Part shown: positions 61,977 to 64,000 of the stretch, one piece after another
Position numbering within the stretch: position 1 is the stretch's first letter
How the letters are laid out: every line of letters begins with the position of its first letter
Source of the DNA: Squalus acanthias
Taxonomy: Eukaryota
DNA: 64,000 nt
Assembly (NCBI GenBank): GCA_030390025.1
Contig: CM059432.1
Coordinates: 94,426,001-94,490,000 of the forward strand
Direction: 5' to 3'
Position numbers and translations under genes: made by a program
Notes under the pieces: generated by a model
The model's database searches: none
What the model saw: only the letters and a program-made list of their open reading frames with translations
Told to the model about the DNA's origin: nothing

Positions 61977-63890
61977 CTTTTTAATTCATTCCTGGGATGT
62001 GGGCGTCGCTGGCAAGGCCAGGATTTATTGCCCATCCCTAATTGCCCTTGAGAAGGTGGTGGTGAGCCGCCTTCAAGATTCGCTGCAGTTCATGTAGTGA
62101 AGGTACTCCCATAGTGTTGTTAGCGAGAGAGTTCCAGGAATTTGACCCAGTGACGATGAAGGAACGGTGATATATTCCTAAGTTAGGATGATGTGTAACT
62201 TGGAGGGGAAATTGGAGGTGATGGTGTTCCCATGCGTCTGCTGCCCTTGTCCTTCTAGGCCATAGAGGTTGTGGGTTTGGGAAGTGCTGTCAAAGAAGCC
62301 TTGGCGAGTTGCTGCAGTGCATCTTGTAGATGGCAGACACTGCAGCCACAGTGCGCCGGTGGTGGAGCGAGTGAATGTTTAAGGTGGTGGATGGGGTGCC
62401 AATCAAGCGGGCTGCTTTGTCCTGGATGGTTTTGAGCTTCTTCAGTGTTGTTGGTGCTGCACTCATCCAGGCAAGTGGAGCGTATTCCATCACACTCCTG
62501 ACTTGTGCCTTGTAGATGGTGGAAAGGCTTTGGGGAGTCAGAAGATGAGACACTTGCCGCAGAATACCCAGCTTCTGACCTGCTCTTGTAGCCACAGTAT
62601 TTATGTGGCTGGTCCAGTTAGGTTTCTCGTCAATGGTGGCCCCCCAGTATGTAAATGTTGGGGAAATTGGTGATGATAATGCCGTTGAATGTCAAGGGGC
62701 GGTGGTTAGACTCTCTCTTGTTGGAAATAGTCATTGCCTGGCACTTATGTAGTGCAAATGTTACTTGCCACTTATCAGCCCAAGCCTGAATATCGTCCAG
62801 GTCTTTCTGCATGCGGGCATGGACTGCTTCATTATATGATGAGTTGCAAATGGAACTGAACACTGTGCAATCATCAGCGAACATCCCCACTTCTGATCTT
62901 ACGATGGAGGGAAGGTCATTGATGAAGCAGCTGAAGATAGCTGGGCCTAGGACACTGCCCTGAGGAACTCCTGCAGCGATGTCCTGGGGCTGAGATGATT
63001 GGCCTCCAACAACCACAACCATCTTCCTTTGTGCTTGGTGTGTCTCCAGCCAGTGGAGAGTTTTCCTGTGATTCCCATTGACTTCAATGTTACTAGGGCT
63101 CCTTGATGCCACACTTGGTCAAATGCTGCCTTGATGTCAAGGACAGTCGCTCTCACCTCACCTCTGGAATTCAGCTCTTTTGTCCATGTTTGGACCAAGG
63201 CTGTAATGAGGTCTGGAGCCAGTGGTCCTGGCGCTACCCAAACTGAGCATCGGTGAGCAGGTTATTGGTAAGTACCGCTTGATAGCACTGTTGACGACAC
63301 GTTCCATCACTTTGCTGATGATTGAGAGTAGACTGATGGGGCGGTAATTGGCCGGATGCATTTGTCCTGCTTTTTGTGGACAGGACATACCTGGGCAGTT
63401 TTCCACATTGTTGGGTAGACGCCAGTGTTGTAGTTGTACTGGAACAGCTTGGCTAGAAGCGTGGCTAGTTCTGGAGCACAAGTCTTCAGCACGACAGCCA
63501 GGATGTTGTCGGAGCCCATAGCCTTTGCTGTATCCAGTGCGCTCAGTCCTTTCTTGATATCATGTGGAGTGAATCGAATCGGCTGAAGACTGGCTTCTGC
63601 GATGGTGGGGACTGCAGGAGGAGGCCTAGGTAGGTCATCCATTCAGCATTTCTGGCTGAAGATGGTTGCACTCATCTGCTGGGCTCTGCCATCATTGAGG
63701 ATGTGGATGTTCATGGAGCCTCCTCCTCCTGTTAGTTGTTTAATTGTCCACCACCATATATGACTGGATGTGGCAGGACTGCAAAGCTTTGATCTGATCC
63801 ATTGGTTGTTGGATCGCTTAGCTCTATCTTTAGCATGGTGCTTCCTCTGTTTAGCAGGCATCTGGTCCTGTGTTGCAGCTTCCCCAGGTT
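61977..63890 (-). mobile_element. Family-B CR1-group LINE, 5'-truncated
   Basis: ANYRPISLLSIISKVME, GVPQGSVLGP..FINDLP, MFADD. 3' end matches 55610-55797. Confidence 0.9.
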
Positions 63891-64000
63891 GGTACTGGGA
63901 AACAACTGACAGTAGTGACGGCTGGGAGATTTAGCAGCAGTCTAAGTTTTCTGCCCTGTAGCAAAATTAAATGATTACTGTTATCCACTCCTGGAGGGAT

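Overview
Vertebrate genomic DNA, most likely a shark or other cartilaginous fish (inferred from the repeat families, not checked). The window appears to lie entirely within one large minus-strand host gene. Three small exons (60679-60828, 48857-49054, 25022-25095) have canonical GT-AG boundaries and splice in frame into a peptide that matches, from my recall, the zinc-finger region of L3MBTL-family chromatin readers. The best match is L3MBTL4, including a C2HC finger exon ([11 protein letters not shown]...HHRLSGCP) that the ORF track misses. Most of the other sequence I can assign is transposon-derived: two decayed autonomous PIF/Harbinger transposons (three-exon Myb/SANT gene plus convergent DDE transposase), several Harbinger-type MITEs, a Tigger/pogo-like MITE, two Penelope-like elements (one with an intact minimal hammerhead ribozyme core), many CR1 LINE fragments and one full-length CR1 with an intact esterase ORF1, a second CR1-group LINE family, L2 and L1 fragments, tRNA-headed SINEs and a probable solo LTR. 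Several insertions are nested with readable target-site duplications. I found no convincing wholly new biological system. The best leads are the extra symmetric zinc-finger exon, the Penelope hammerheads, the Harbinger/MITE set with shared subterminal motifs, and a local inverted duplication inside a LINE.
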